From Oopsacas minuta (Eukaryota > Animalia > Porifera), in NCBI GenBank assembly GCA_024704765.1, contig JAKMXF010000319.1:220303-284302 (forward strand): a stretch of DNA of 64,000 nucleotides. Direction: 5' to 3'. The notes below the pieces were generated by a model. The model ran no database searches. It saw only the letters and a program-made list of their open reading frames with translations, and was not told the origin of the DNA. Below, piece after piece: positions 26,076 through 41,000 of the stretch. Position numbers and translations under genes: made by a program. The first letter of the stretch is position 1. Each line of letters starts with the position of its first letter.

Positions 26076-29000
26076 ATGTCACAATTCAAATACTTGACCG
26101 CCTCTCCAACATTTGACGAGCTAATATTCGGTCTATCTCTCCATCTAAATGACATAGAACAGCAACACTTCCACTTAGCATACAACAAATATCAAAAAGA
26201 CAGAAGTATAATTGAATTCGTTGATGCTCTTGTTCCTCTATTCACTACAGGTCCCAGACGTACTCTCATTAATCCTATTCGTAAGATATTGAAACCAGTA
26301 GATGTTCCTAAGTATAATCAGCTACTTGTACGTCACGGGTATCTCACTACACGTAAGCCACTGAGTATGAAGTTACAGGAACATTATGATGCTAAGCAGA
26401 GAGCTCAGACACTACCGAGGAATATAGGTACAATAGACCCTCGCCAATCCGAACAGGTCATAAAGAGAATCCAACTTTTGGAAAATGTTCTAAAATATTC
26501 TAAAATAACTATTCATGTCCAATTTTACTGTGGACAAATACTTACTCCTATATAAGCATCTTGTCAGCCTCTTCATCGTTGTACAACTTTCGAAACATTG
26601 TCCCCCAGATCCTATAGTATTCTTTCTATGCATTCGCTAATCCAAACGAATTATTTTGCAATTGGAGCTGTGCTGTTCGGATTAGCGGGGATTTATTGGA
26701 CTGTATATTTATGTAGGATCAAGGCTACATACCTTTTTCCATTGGGAATTATTCGATTCATAAAAATTACTCAAGATACCAGCAAATATTCAATTTCCAA
26801 ATGAATCACTAAGATCGGTTTGATTATGCAATTTTAATACACTAAATCAGTCCAAATCAAATATTCTGTGTTTGACAGATTCGGAAGTTTTCGTATGAAA
26901 TAATTTAAGGTTAGTCCGATGCCTATGTCCAGATTGCTATTCAGTTGGCTTGTTTCAAAGATCAGAAAGAATTTGCTCTGACTTTTGAGTCTGGCTTAAC
27001 AAGGCTGTTTAAACTAGGACGGACAGAAGCTATACATTTTCAAATGTATAATCAAGCAGAACCAATTTTTTTGAAATTATTTATGTAAAATTCCAAAAAA
27101 TTACTTACCTGATTCTATGTACCTACTTTTAGCAGCCAAAAAATGATTTTATTGGCAAATCAATGTGTGATAGAAAACCGTAAGTACTTTCTACTGAACC
27201 TATTTTTGAACCTCTAGCATCAAATTGTCCTCGTTATGACCGTTTAAAGTAATACCGTGGAAGTTCGAAGTGCATACCTTCCCCTCGAAAAGCTGGAAGA
27301 TGAGTATCTCGAAATTTGTTAAGTTTCAAATTTCGGACATTTTACTTGATTCTATCTCCAGGATTCGGGTCATGGTGACACTTCCCTGAGGGTCCTATAA
27401 TTTCCAGGCTTATATCTTGTAATCTCATATTGCGATCAAGTGTCGCCCCCGCGAGTAGCCAACATTTCATTAAAACGGCTTTTCCCTGTACCTTCGATTT
27501 ATTTTATTTATTCAACTGACTAGCTACTGACTCCTTGCTTTCCAAGGTGAGGTTTTTATTATACAAATTATCTTACTGCCCCTTTATTGTCGTATTTAGC
27601 TAATTCCATGACTTTCTATTCATGAACTTGATCACTAATTTGAATCATGGATTAATTCCAAGGTTGCGACCGAATACTATCAGTATTTGGTTAGGCTATT
27701 ATTCATGAATACTGATATTTGGTTCAAGCGGTTTCAACCTTAATTTATTCGGTGGTTCCCAACCTAGGATACATTCACCCATTGGTTTTCCGCGGGAGAC
27801 TGTAGGGTGTCCACAAGATCTATCGTAATCTATGGAAGACAGCAGAGTAGCCAGGCATTTGTTTAAGGTGGTTGCGAGCAGTGGTGAATTGTATCCAGCA
27901 ATTAGTAATTTTTGTCAAGTAACTCGAGAAATGATTAATTATATCATAGTTTCTCTTTAATCAGAAATTTACTTCATTAAATATCCAGTACCATTTTACT
28001 ATTATATATTTATATTTATCCGAACAAGTTCTGATAATGCACGCCACTTTGGCTACGTCTCTGATGGAAGAGGTCCACAGAATGTTTTAAAATTTGTATA
28101 GGCGGCCCACTTGTAAAAAGGGTTGGTCGTTTGGCAACCGCTGGATTAATTGAAGTGCATTCAATGGGATACAGTGGATACACCATATAAGAGTATACTA
28201 CAGTGGAGTCTCTGTATAATAAACACGTCGGGAACATGATATCTGTCTGTTGTAGAGAATTGTCCTCTCCTCGGAGACTGCTTAAGTAGTAATTACATGC
28301 TTTTTGAGTGTCCGTTTTGAGAGACTCTACTGTATATTCCAAGATATTTGATTTATTATCTTTGGTCCTGAAATATCATATTAGTAAGATTGAAATATCA
28401 AAGAAATCAGCCAATTTGATATATTTAATCAAGTTTTTTGAATTCTACATACTTTCATTTGATGAACACGATAAATATATAGTTATGTGACTTCTCAGAA
28501 TTTCGAATTCACGTTCAAAATTTCATATCATAAATCATTTCTTAACAACTAACAAACTAACAAACAGATAAACAAACATCAATTAGTTTGCACAAATATA
28601 GATATTTATCCATGGTTCATTTAATAGGATCGAGTACACCAGTAGATGGTGGCATCAAGAAGATAACCCTGAAGAGAGACAGCTTAGGAGATCTAGGATT
28701 CAGTATTAGAGGAGGAGCAGAGTATCATCTTGGTATTTTCATATCCTGGGTTGATGCAGGATCTGCCGCAGCTAAGAGCGGACTTGTTGTTGGAGATCAG
28801 ATACTACAGGTATAGTAGAACCTCTTTATGTGATGATTTTCGACACGTCCCCCCCACAAAGCGTTCGTATCATTGGCGTAACGCTCGTAGCCTATTTCTT
28901 GTCAGAGCGCCTCGTTAGTTATTCCTAGACTAACATTACAGTTGAACCAATATATCTAATAAGAATTAATAAGAGCATTTTTGTCTATCCAATGAGAAAT

Positions 29001-32000
29001 ACCACAGACATCTAGAATACTCGCACACGTGGCTCGAAAAGAGTTGGGAAAAACTGGAGCTGATTTAGTATCGAGGTACCTACCATAAAACTGTATACGT
29101 TGCACACAATCTAACCCTACAAACTATTTCCAGACCAAAATGACGTCATCCTGATTGCTACTGCTAATGTATCAGAAAAATGCTCCCAATTTTACAGTTC
29201 TGTAAATAGTTTAATTAATACATTTACAGTCACAACATTTTACCATGGGGTTTAAGGATGTTTTCAAACAAAATATCAATATTTTGTTATAATAATATTC
29301 GAATGTCCCAGAGATATAACTCTTTTTGAGTCATGCGTTCGTGGAAATGTTTATACAGATCCGGCATATGCCAGTAAAATGCCTGCCTTACCGCTCCGAC
29401 AATTAAGTCCTGGAAGCTATTAGCGAACTCCCACGTGACCAAAATATTATTTAATAATACAGAGACTTAAGTTAATACGAACCCTACGAGAATTATATTA
29501 TTTGCCAGCGACTTGGTTCTTTCATTGTAAGAAAATTTTCAAAAAATACCTGACCCTGACTGTTCTATGACTATTTATTCTAGGTGAACGGGGCTAGCTT
29601 TGAAGGTATCTCCCATTCCCGTGCAGTCCAACATCTCCGGAAAGCTCAACGTCTCCGAATAGTAGTATTGAACTCCCAGAGATTCCCCGTTGCTAAGCAC
29701 GGAGATACACGCTACCACTGGATAGACCCTATATCCGGACAACCTACTCCTCCCCCACCTAACTCAGTCTTGAATAAGGAACTACTGCTTCAGGACTCTG
29801 ACATCAGGAAGGTTAGACTGGAGACAAGACATAATGAGGATCTGGGATTTAGTATTAGAGGAGGGTTAGAGCATGAACTTGGTGAGTTGATTAGGTTACT
29901 ATGGTTTTACATACTACGATTGTCCAAACCGAGTTGGATTTACCCAGAAAAGTATACAACAATCATCAATATGTAATTTACAACCTTGAGTAATATTTCA
30001 AATTTAATAATACTCGAGGTGACAACTCTCAACTATCCTGATTGCTCAATTCACTGTCAATTTTCCAAAAGTTTAAAAAATATGTTTGTCCCTCTGTTAA
30101 TACCAGAAACGATTGGTTAGGAAATTGCACCATGATGCCAATGTATTCTCGATATTCGAATAAGTAAGCAACAAATTACATTATTAAATTAGAATGTGTT
30201 TAAAATATACATCTGACGTCAATTATTCCAATAATGGTGTTTTATATTAATGTTAGGTGGCTTTCATAGGAAAATTTAAGAATATGCCTTGTCAAAAATA
30301 CAAAATACAACAGAATTGACCGATCAGGATAGTTGCGAATTGTCATACTCTCCCATAAGGGTAACACATCTTTGACGTCAAATGCATACACTAATATACA
30401 TTATATTAATATGATTAGGAATAGTTTTGTGATTACAGGAAAATGGGTAATCAATTACATTCCTAGTTGGTCTCAACCTTGGTAACATACATACTATTAT
30501 CAGTTATTCTCTCGATTTCCAGGTCTATTTTTGGTTGACGTAGAACCAAACTCTACTGCAGAATCAGTAGGCTTACTCCCTGGAGATCTGATAATTGATG
30601 TGAATGGAGTAGACTTCACTAACATATCCCATAGAGATGCTATTAGTATCCTCAAATCTCATCCTGTTATGCTGATAACACTGAAACACGTTGGAAAGAT
30701 TCCAGTATCAATTACGTCACAAACTGGCCCCACTGAATGGCATCGTATCAAACAACGGAATCCTTCAAACCTGACTTCGGCTACCCAATCACTCAGCTCT
30801 CGTACAGCTAAGAAATTCGTTCATGGCTACGGTACACAAATGATGCATCAAAAGCAGCAACCACATGCAAGTAGACACTTGATCGAGCATCGTACAAAAC
30901 AGCTGTTATCAGAGATAGAATCCAACACTATCATGTATTATTTGAATGAATATCGAGGACATGGACTGACTATAGAGGCCTTTCTTACTGTAATTTTAGA
31001 TATGTTGGATACTCCAGATAAATTGGTTCTGCTAGCTGATATACGTCAGGTTGTGTTTCCTAAGGATATAGAATACTTTGACAGGTTTGTGTAATTTTGA
31101 TATTTCATTAACCTCTATCATTGCTTAAAGCCCCTCCACTCTCTTCCGATCTGGAGCCGTATTCCCTAACAAAGTATCCATTCAATTTGTGAATTTTATA
31201 GCAATAACTCAATAATATTGAACCAATTATAACTACAGTAGATGCCGGTTATAAGAACACTCTTAGTGTAGTACTAAAATTGTTTCTCATTACCAGTAAG
31301 TATGAAGAATTCGGAGTACATTATATCGTAGATATGAAAATACTTTTCTTTAATATGGTTTCTACATCCGAAAGTGTTTAAATCAAGGGCTTCATAACCG
31401 GCATCTACTATATACAACTAACCGGTTATAAGAACGTTATGTCCAGTTCCCGACGATGTTCTTATAACCGGCATTCACTGTATTAGAGTATCATGCTCGG
31501 TGTTATATAGTAGTCCCCTCTGGAAGTTTATTACGTAGCGATTTTTCCCTTTATGCATAATACTTCCTTGAGAGACGCTTGGCAACATGGGACCAGACTG
31601 ACGCTAATCTACTAAAAAATGAACAATATTACGTGACACTGGGAGGCACTATTAGTTAGAAAAATCTAAAATTACAATCTGTGCCGATAGATTGGTCTAT
31701 TTTTATTTGTGTAAACCGTAAAGTCTCACTTCTATTTGCAGACACTATGTATTGTGGTTAAACTTTGGAATTAATAGTGTCCCCCAATTGCTAGTGCCAC
31801 TTTATACAAATAAATATATAACTGAGTCGAGCTATCGACAACTTATCAATTCGAGCTAATGCAGCGCTCCCCTTTCTGTATAATCAAATGATCTTATATC
31901 ATAATGCATAACTCTCAACTCCGAAAACCCTTGACTAATAGGTAGAAATTTTGGATAGGAACATGTTGTATTTTCAACAATTTCTTATCGAAATATGTGA

Positions 32001-35000
32001 AAATTTGCATATTAACTGTGTACTCAGGAAGTTGTAAAGACTTCACTTAGATATTCAAAATTTTAAATTTGTTCCTAGATGTATCTAACTCACCTAATGC
32101 CAAAATTCAGATTTCTAGCATTTCCCAACTCTTCTATTACTTCAACCCAAATCCAAAATATACACTCACCATTGTCACGCTGTCCTTAAACCTGAATTAT
32201 CTTTGAAAAATATGGCTCGTGGAAATGAGGTACTAAACTACTATGTATTTTTACCGTAGAATTGAATGGGAATACTTTGGAAATCGATTCCATGCGAATA
32301 TAGGAAATAATTGGCATATCAAAATTCCCGCCTTTGTCCTAGCTTAAAATGCATTTTATCTCTGGATCTATCAAGTTTTGCTGTTTAGAAAGTATTCTTG
32401 ACTGATGAAAAGTCAGTAATTTTGGTTATATTGGTAATAAAATTTCTATAACTAACAGGGTTGTTGACTTATGAATTCCCTTAATAATGATAGAATCAGA
32501 GTAATGGGAAAAACTACAAATGCTATAATTTCCATTATTGTCCATGGTGTATGAAAACTGTATTTTCATTACTATTATGTAAACCAAAATTGTTACGATT
32601 ATCCACAAAATCTATATTTTGAGAACTTCACATGATTGACGTTTAGGGACACTGAATTATTTGCGTTTTATTATACTTTAGGATACACTTCAAATCTTTT
32701 AAAATTTCCGCTCTTCAAATGATGATTATTATTTAAGCAAAAGTATTAAATCTACGAAGGACGATATGAATAATTCTTCAAGAATTTCGTCTTTAGTCTA
32801 ACCCATAATTACATTCATATTACTACTTACATAAATAGATCAAGTATTCAATTGAAACCTGAGAACAATTACGATTTGTTTCTAACAATTTACAAGTCAC
32901 GAGCCTTTGGCTCGCCGCATTGCGCCTCGTGGTATCTGTTATTCTCCAAATTGACGGCCCCTTTGAGTATTATAATATAGATATATTTAGAACAATGTAA
33001 TTCACAAATGTATTTATATGGCTTATATATTATTGAATTATTTTGTAGGATTACGCCCTTTGTAGCTGTTGAGGGCAAGTATCTATGTAAATAGGGCCGG
33101 ATTAGCCTTAAGCCAAATAAGCCCTGGCTCAGGGCCTCACGGCCCTCACCAATTCGACGGAAAAATAGCTTGGCATAGCCAGTCTCAGTCCCCACACTGC
33201 ATTTGTTGTTTGCTCATAAAGTGTAGTCATTTTGAATGCGAACGCCACAAAAATCAATCCTAATTGAATGACAAGGCAGTCAATATGAAAACATCAAAAC
33301 AGCGTCTATATCCACTATATTCGATTGTTAAGCTTCATTTCTTCTTTTCTAAATATCTAATGCACCATGCTTAATAAATGGATTTGTTAGTTACATATAG
33401 GCTTTCAGTTTATATTAAGCGAGGCCAGGGAGTGAGGTGTGAGCCTCTTTGAAATGCTTGCTATTCTGAGCAGGAATTATAGAGAGGGCCTCATAGTATA
33501 CTTGGCTTAGGGCCCCATCGAGTGCTAACCCGGCCCTGTATGTAAATTTTTGGATTTTGCAAATTTGTTTCCTTTATGTACCTAAAAGTAAACAAATATC
33601 CGCTAAATGTTGTTTACAATATGATATTCGGACTCAGCGTACTCGATTACCCCAGTATACCCATCGAAAGCATGTTTCTACCACAATTTGAAATTTGTTT
33701 ATGTTATATTCATAATAACAACAATAGATTTACATGTGAGAAACTTGAAAATGCGAAATTCGGATTCAGCGTACTTAGCTACCCCTGCATAGCCGTTTAG
33801 AGCAAGGCTGTACGTGTATTTTGAGATTTGCTAATTTGTTTACATAATATTCATAAAAACAACAAGAAATTTACATATGATTAATCCAAAAGTGTGAAAA
33901 TCGGATTCAGCATGTTAGATATATTTAGTGAACTTTTATTGAATCTTATTTACTTCCTTGATAAACACGATAAATACATAGTTGTGCGGCAATTCAAAAT
34001 TGCATACCGTAAATCCTTTCCTTGACAACGGACAAACAAACAAACAAACAAACAAGAATTCAGATTTAATAATTTATAAGTCATTAAATGACTTCTATAA
34101 CGGACATAACAAAATTTATCTGTTCAATCGAGTGTCACTCATTATTGTTACTCAGTTCACTTTCGGGCAGATTAGGTCAGCAAGATGCATAGCTATGGCT
34201 GATATGGCACCTGTTGGATTCCACGAACCGCCACTTGGCCAGAGAGAGGCTCCAGTGAGGTACACATTATCTACTCCCTTGAAACGGTAGTCAAGATCCA
34301 CAGGAGATCCCGTATCCTTTCCAAGCCGCATCGTGGAAGCTTCGTGTACGATGCATGGCGCTCGAATCATGTCAACCGTGGGTCGTCCTTTCGCCCAATC
34401 ACCAGACGATCCACCATGAGTGTGCCAATACTCCAATCCAGAAGGGGCCAAAATGTCGAGCATCTGGAAACTTGACTCTTCCATAGTTTCCCATACCTTA
34501 TTGTCTTTACTATTGGCCACCACTTGAAGAGTGACATTAGTGGTGACATCATCATCCTCATTCTTTCGGAACCAATTTTGATCATTATCGTAATCGAGCT
34601 CACCAAGGACAGTGCACACAAAGATTACATGATCTGTTGATGTTAATAGCTGCTGCATTGTTGGGGCTGCAACTACATCTGGCAAGTGACGTATGAAATC
34701 GAAGAGATTTTTCTTGGGAGTGTTATCGTATATTGCAGAAAGTTGTATGTGAAACTGGCTAGTGGATGACAGATCTCTTCCAGCTATGTAGTTCGCTGAC
34801 ATCTCCATGTTTCCAAATTTTCTATAATTGCAGAAGGTGTTAGCAGGAACTCGAGCAAAAATGGAACTGATGAAGTGGGCGGTGAATCGCTCGCCAATAT
34901 TGATCATCGAAGGAAAGTCGTGTTTGGAGAAGGAATTGAGCATGAGAGTGGTGGGTGGAAGCGCACCCATGGCAAGGATGACTTTAGCATTGCCGAGAAC

Positions 35001-38000
35001 AAAATCTCCCTTAGAAGTCTCCAAGACAACTGCTTTTCCTTCTTTGTGGTGGATCATTTTTACAACGCAATTGATGACTATTTTCATTGTCGAATCCTTG
35101 ATTGAAGCTTTTTCTTGGCCCACACTCAAGCTATAGAGTTTACTCAACAGAGGTCCTGGCACTGAGAATTTCTTGAAGTTGATATTTCTACAAAAACAAA
35201 TATCGCACTAAAACTATATATACGTCGTGAAGTTAGCAGCAAATTCCAGCAGTGAAATATGTGCACAACTTAGCACTAAATAATTCTATTAATTCTCTGT
35301 CAATTCATCTGAAATTTGGTCAGTAGCTTTGTCTGGAGTGGAGCATTTCCTGCGTTCAATAATTCATCCCTATTACACCTACTCTTGCCACAATCACATC
35401 GCAAAATTTGTATTACTAAAACACCATATAGTCAGGGCTGGCTGTTAGCCCTAAAACCGTGACAAGTCAGGTAAATGCACAAATTTGGTTACAATGGGGT
35501 GTGCTTAAACCTTTAGAGGGGAGCCAGTTCTTCGAAGATCAGGGGGTGTGATGCACAATCAGTTTTATGCGCCACTTTGAACACACTTTGAAGGTGTTTA
35601 CATGAATGTAATTCATCCAGTTTGAATCGAAACGAATTTTAGTGTCGATATTCGTAATCACCAAAATGTTTACGTCTTTTGAGTGGCCACTCGTATATGT
35701 TTAGAAATATGAATTATTGAATGTAGGAAATGCACCACTTCAGATAAAGGTACTGACCAAATTTCAGGTGAATAGAATGAGAAATTGACAGAATTATTCA
35801 GTTTCGAGTTATGCTCATATTTTACTGCAGGAATTCTCTAACTTCACACTCACTAAGTCTATTAACACCACGAAAGTAGAATACTGCCTCTTAGTTTGGA
35901 CAAATACAGCAACCAAACATCATATATCCTTGCTGTAAATGTTGAATATACCATGAACTCTTTATACTGGTTTGAATAGGTTGGCTTTAGGAAATTATAC
36001 AATACAATCACTACAAATCACCTGTACATGTGTGCTTCAACAGCAAGTGGGGCTGGCATCCATCTTGTGATTGTTGAAATTTTGCTTGAAATATCTTTCA
36101 ACCTTTCCTGTATATCCGACTGGAGTGCCCCGTAGATAGTATCTTTACCTTGCTCTGTTTTGGAGATTTGATCAGCTGGGATTACATTGAGCAACTGTTT
36201 CACTGCAGGAAAGTACTTGTGTACAACCTTTTTCGTTTCTTTCGGCCATTCCTCCATCTCTTCATCTGTAGGCTCAGGACACCAACCAGACCAAAAAGTT
36301 GACTTCCCACCAAAGAAGTTGTTCACGCCATGTTGCCATTTGATGTACTGGCCTTCATGGGTCTTCTTGGTAATCCTCCAAGGGAATGTCTCACCTATGC
36401 CATCCATTGTCATTACGAATGGAGGAGGAAGATTCTGGAAGTGCTCTGGGTGGTAGTAGGTACCCCTTTCAATAATCATAATTTTAGCATTGGGGTTGTT
36501 TTTGAGCGCTTGATCAACAAATGCAAGTGCACAAAATGAAGACCCAATGATAACATAGTCGAAGTTTCCTTTTCTTCGCTCGACATCCCACTCTTTATCG
36601 TTCAAGAAGAAGATATCATTCATAATATCATCTGGTCTGATGTCCTGAGGTCCAGGTACTGGGTAGCCAAATTGAGGGACTTCTCCTTGAGCCATTTTCG
36701 TTTTCCTATCAGCAATAGCTAGTGATATGGACTGCATGAAATATTTAGTTCGTGTACATTTTGGTTTGGGCTAAATAGATAAAATTTTCTAGTCGGTTTG
36801 TACCAATTTTATAAACTGACTAAATATTTCAGGCATTTTAGTTGAGGGTAGATAAGTGGTTTCTCAGGACAGAAAAAATCGAACATTTTGTTTCTACACT
36901 TGGAAACATGATGTTAAAATTTTCTGTCCTGGAAAACCACTTCCTTACCCTCTTAATTCATCCGGACCTAATGCTTGTTTTGTATATTACTATATTTCTA
37001 ATTAGCTAAGAATTAGCCAACAGCGAGGTTTTTGTCTATTTATAGTTGTGCCCGTCGTCTATAGTGCAGTTAATTTTACGCATTCAAATGATTATATCTA
37101 TGCTACAATAATTATTGCTAGATGTTGAGAGATGTCCCCTCTATGTACACAAATTACATAAAGGTAAACAAACTATTTATTAATCTATATTTTTCAATCC
37201 CAATTGTTGTTTGTTTGTCCGTTGTCAAGGAAAGGATTTACGGTATGCAATTTTGAAATTGTCGCATAACTATTTATTTATCGTGTTTATCAAGGAAGTA
37301 AAGAGAATACAATAAAAGTTCACTAAATATATCCAATATGCTGAATCCGAATTTCGCACTTTTGGATTAATCATATGTAAATTTATTGTTATTTTTATGA
37401 ATATAAAGTAAACAAATTTCCAAATGGTGGTAGAATCATACTTTCAACGACTGTACTGGGGTGATCGAGTATGCTGAGTCCGAATATGGTATTGTAAACA
37501 ACATATTGTGAATATTTGTTTACTTTTAGGTTAATAAAGTAAACAAATTTCAATATTGTTGTAGAATCGTACTTTCAACGGCAATAATGGTATACTCGAG
37601 TATACTGAGTCTGAATATTGTAACGACATCAACATTATTCAATCTCAATTGTTGTTTGTCTGTATATTTGTACGTTGAATACCTCGAGGCGCAATGCGCC
37701 GAGTTCATCGCAAAGCGACGAGCCAAAGGCTCGTAACATTAATATTCCAATTTTCTGATTCTACATACCAAAAAATCAAAAGATAAATTACATAAATAGT
37801 GCGAAAATATGTAGGATTGGAATGGAACCATTTTTTCAAAACATATTTTCCACTCTTGTTTGGGTATCGCTTCGATCACTGCGAAAAGTGCCCCCTCCAG
37901 CTCCTCATTAGGTTGAAAATCTCCTTCCATGAAATTGATATTTGATCGTTGGGAACAACCAGACGTCGCATGGGGCTAGGACCGGACTGTAGGGTAAGTG

Positions 38001-41000
38001 TGGCAACGTTTTGAGCCCAGAATATTCCAAAAATTCACGAGTCCAGAGTGCCGTGTGGTATGATGTTTATCATGATGAAGCAGTATTCCTCTTACAGTCT
38101 TTTCACGCTCTTTATGATGATTAGAAATTTTGATTCTCTTCAAATATTTCTTACAAATTTTTACATATTCAACCAACAACCTTAGGACACATTATATTAA
38201 TGAAATATCATTTGAAATAACACTCGGAGGCATTGGCTATGTATATTCATTCAAATATCTCTGTGGTTTGAGGACATTTACATTTGAAAGTATAAATGGG
38301 GAATGGAGGGTTATCAGGAGACTCCCGACCCGACCTTACAGTTCTACTGTATTTGATATATGAATTTATAATGAGGTATTACCCGTCATCAAACGATGCG
38401 CCGCCGCTGAAGCTATATATATTTGAAAGAAGACAGAAGTTAGCTATGTTTGTTTGTTGGTTTGTTTTATTGATAATTTATATCGTCATGATTACTAGGT
38501 GAAGAAGAAATTGTATATCCGTACTTGAAGTAGATCTTACAAAGTTGAAAAAGCTTTTGAAAACATATCGATTTCACTACTAACCAATTAGTGAATGAAT
38601 TCACGTGGCCTTGAGATTTGTCTATCTTGTTTAAACCTTTGACCGCCCATAATATATTACACTTCTACTTTCTAGGAATGAAGTTAATATTACAATGCAT
38701 AAATGATAATGCTGAACTCCACCTAGCTTATCTAACATGACACAATCTAGCATATATATTATCCTATCAGTCATTTTGTCTGCTTACAAATATTACAGAG
38801 ATGGTACTAGCATTGATATGATATGTTGCTAAATTTCTAATTATATTGGAGATATAATAAATCTAAAAGTTCCATAGTTTTATGGAATATTACTGAATGA
38901 ATGTGTCCTTTGCTTAATTCCAAACATATTGATTCTATTTCGAATGTGTTTATTCAAATTATACAGGTAACAATTTGACAATAATGGGAACTGTATTTTA
39001 TCTAGCCCTCACTTCAAGGTGGTGTTATATTCCCCACTCAGATACGAATCTGAATACATGCGGCACACCAGAGAAAGTTTCTTATCCCCCACTTAGGAGG
39101 TGGTTAAGAAATTGAACGGTTCTTCTCGACGAAACAGACTGTGGTCTATCCACCATCAAGTGATTGCCCAGGCACACGTTTCAAATTTTATTAGTAAGCA
39201 GATCGAACACAAAGTACGTCATACATAAACCATAAGGCCTATGCTAGTTTTAGAACTTAGAATTGATAATAATTGATCACCAGTTATACTTGTGGTATTG
39301 ATAGCAGCGTGTCATTGACAATATTTATTTAACGAACCTTTGGCTCGTCGCTTCGCCATGAACTCGGTGCATATCTATTATTCTCCAAATTTACGGCCCA
39401 TCTGAGCATTATTTAGGACAATATAATTAACAAATATACGTATATTGTATATATGTTATTGAATTAATTTGTAAGATAAACCCCCTTTGTAGCCGTTGAG
39501 AGCAAGTATCTACTTAAATATTGAGATTTTGCTAATTTGTTTACTTTATGTTCATAAAAACAACAATAAATTTACATATGATTTATCCAAAAGTGTGAAA
39601 ATCGGATTGAACATGTTCGATATATTTAGTGAACTTTATTGAATTCTATTTACTTGATAAACACGATAAATACAGTTACAAAATTGCATACCGTAAATCC
39701 TTTCCTTAACAACGGACCAAACAAACAGACAAACAGACAACAATTGAGATTTAATAATATAGATTATTCGATCTCAATTGTTGTCTGTTTGTCTGTCCGT
39801 TGTTAAGGAAAGGATTTACGGTATGCAATATTGAAATTGTCGCATAACTATGTATTTATCGTATTTATCAAGGAAGTAAATAGAATTCAATAAAACTTCA
39901 CTAAATATATCGAACATGCTGAATCCGATTTTCACACTTTTGGATTAATCATATGTAAATTTATTGTTGTTTTTATGAATATAAAGTAAACAAATTATCC
40001 AAATCTCAAAATATACGTACAGGCTTGCTCTAAACGGCTACACATATACACAGGGGTAACTAAGTACGCTGATTCCGAATTTTGCATCAAGTTTCTCATA
40101 TGTAATTTATTGTTGTTTTTAAGGCAATATAGTAAATAAATTTTCAAAATTGAGGTAGAATCATACTTTCAACGACTATACTGGAGTAATAGAGTATGCT
40201 GAATCCGAATATGGGATTGTAAACAACATATTGTGAATATTTGTTTACTTTAGGTACATAAAGTAAACAAATTTCCAAAAAGGGGTATAATCATACTTCC
40301 AACAACTATACTGGGGTAATCAGGTATGCTGAGTCCGAATATGATATTGTAAATAACATCTATATTGTTAAATCTCAATTGTTGTTTGTCTGTTTGTTTG
40401 TCCGCTGATATGTAAATATATTGTTGTTTTTATGAATAGGCTTGCTCTAAACAGCTACCCAGGGGTAACTAAGTACTCTGAATCAGATTTTCGCATTTTC
40501 AAGGTTCTTATGTGTAAAATTATTGTTGTTTTTATGAATATCTGTAAACAAATTGCCAAATGTCAAAATTTACGTAGATACTTGCTCTCAACGGCTACAA
40601 AGGGGAGGTTGGTCTTACAAAATATAATTTAATAACATATATGTGAATTTCATTGCTCTAAATATATCTATATTATGATACTCAAAGGGGGCCGTCTATT
40701 TAGAGGATAATGGATACCTCGAGGCACAATACGCCGAGTTCATCGCGAAGCGACGAGCCATAGGCTCGTTACATTAAAATTACTACTTACCTACAAAAGT
40801 ACATCAAGTATTCAATTGAAACCTGAGAACAATTACAATTTGATTCCAACAAATTTTCCAAACCATTAAATGATTTCTATAACGGACATAACAAAATTTA
40901 TCTGTTCAATCGAGTGTCACTCATTATTGTTACTCAGTTCACTTTCGGGCAGATTAGGTCAGCAAGATGCATAGCTATGGCTGATATGGTACCTGTTGGA

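Larger units (their letters stand above)
32809..38829. repeat. Tandem segmental duplication unit 1 (partner 40769-45047)
   Basis: Collinear match from ttacatt..ttactacttac to gcattgatatgatatgttgc. The extra length is due to Helitron insertions at 32900-34077 and 37184-37733. Confidence 0.92.

Noticed and set aside
28016-28342. 108-aa minus-strand ORF in whirlin intron 1
   Set aside because: It largely overlaps the MITE at 28201-28332 and has no recognisable motifs.
32079-32229. Additional whirlin exon (AG acceptors at 32078-32118, donor gag|gtac at 32229)
   Set aside because: The only open frame is phase 0-0, which is incompatible with the phase-2 junctions on either side. An alternative terminal exon cannot be excluded.
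32894-34083. Apparent 6-bp TSD (aagtca) around the Helitron-like copy
   Set aside because: That 5' end is degenerate and the cleaner copy at 37184-37733 shows no TSD. It is treated as chance or local repair.
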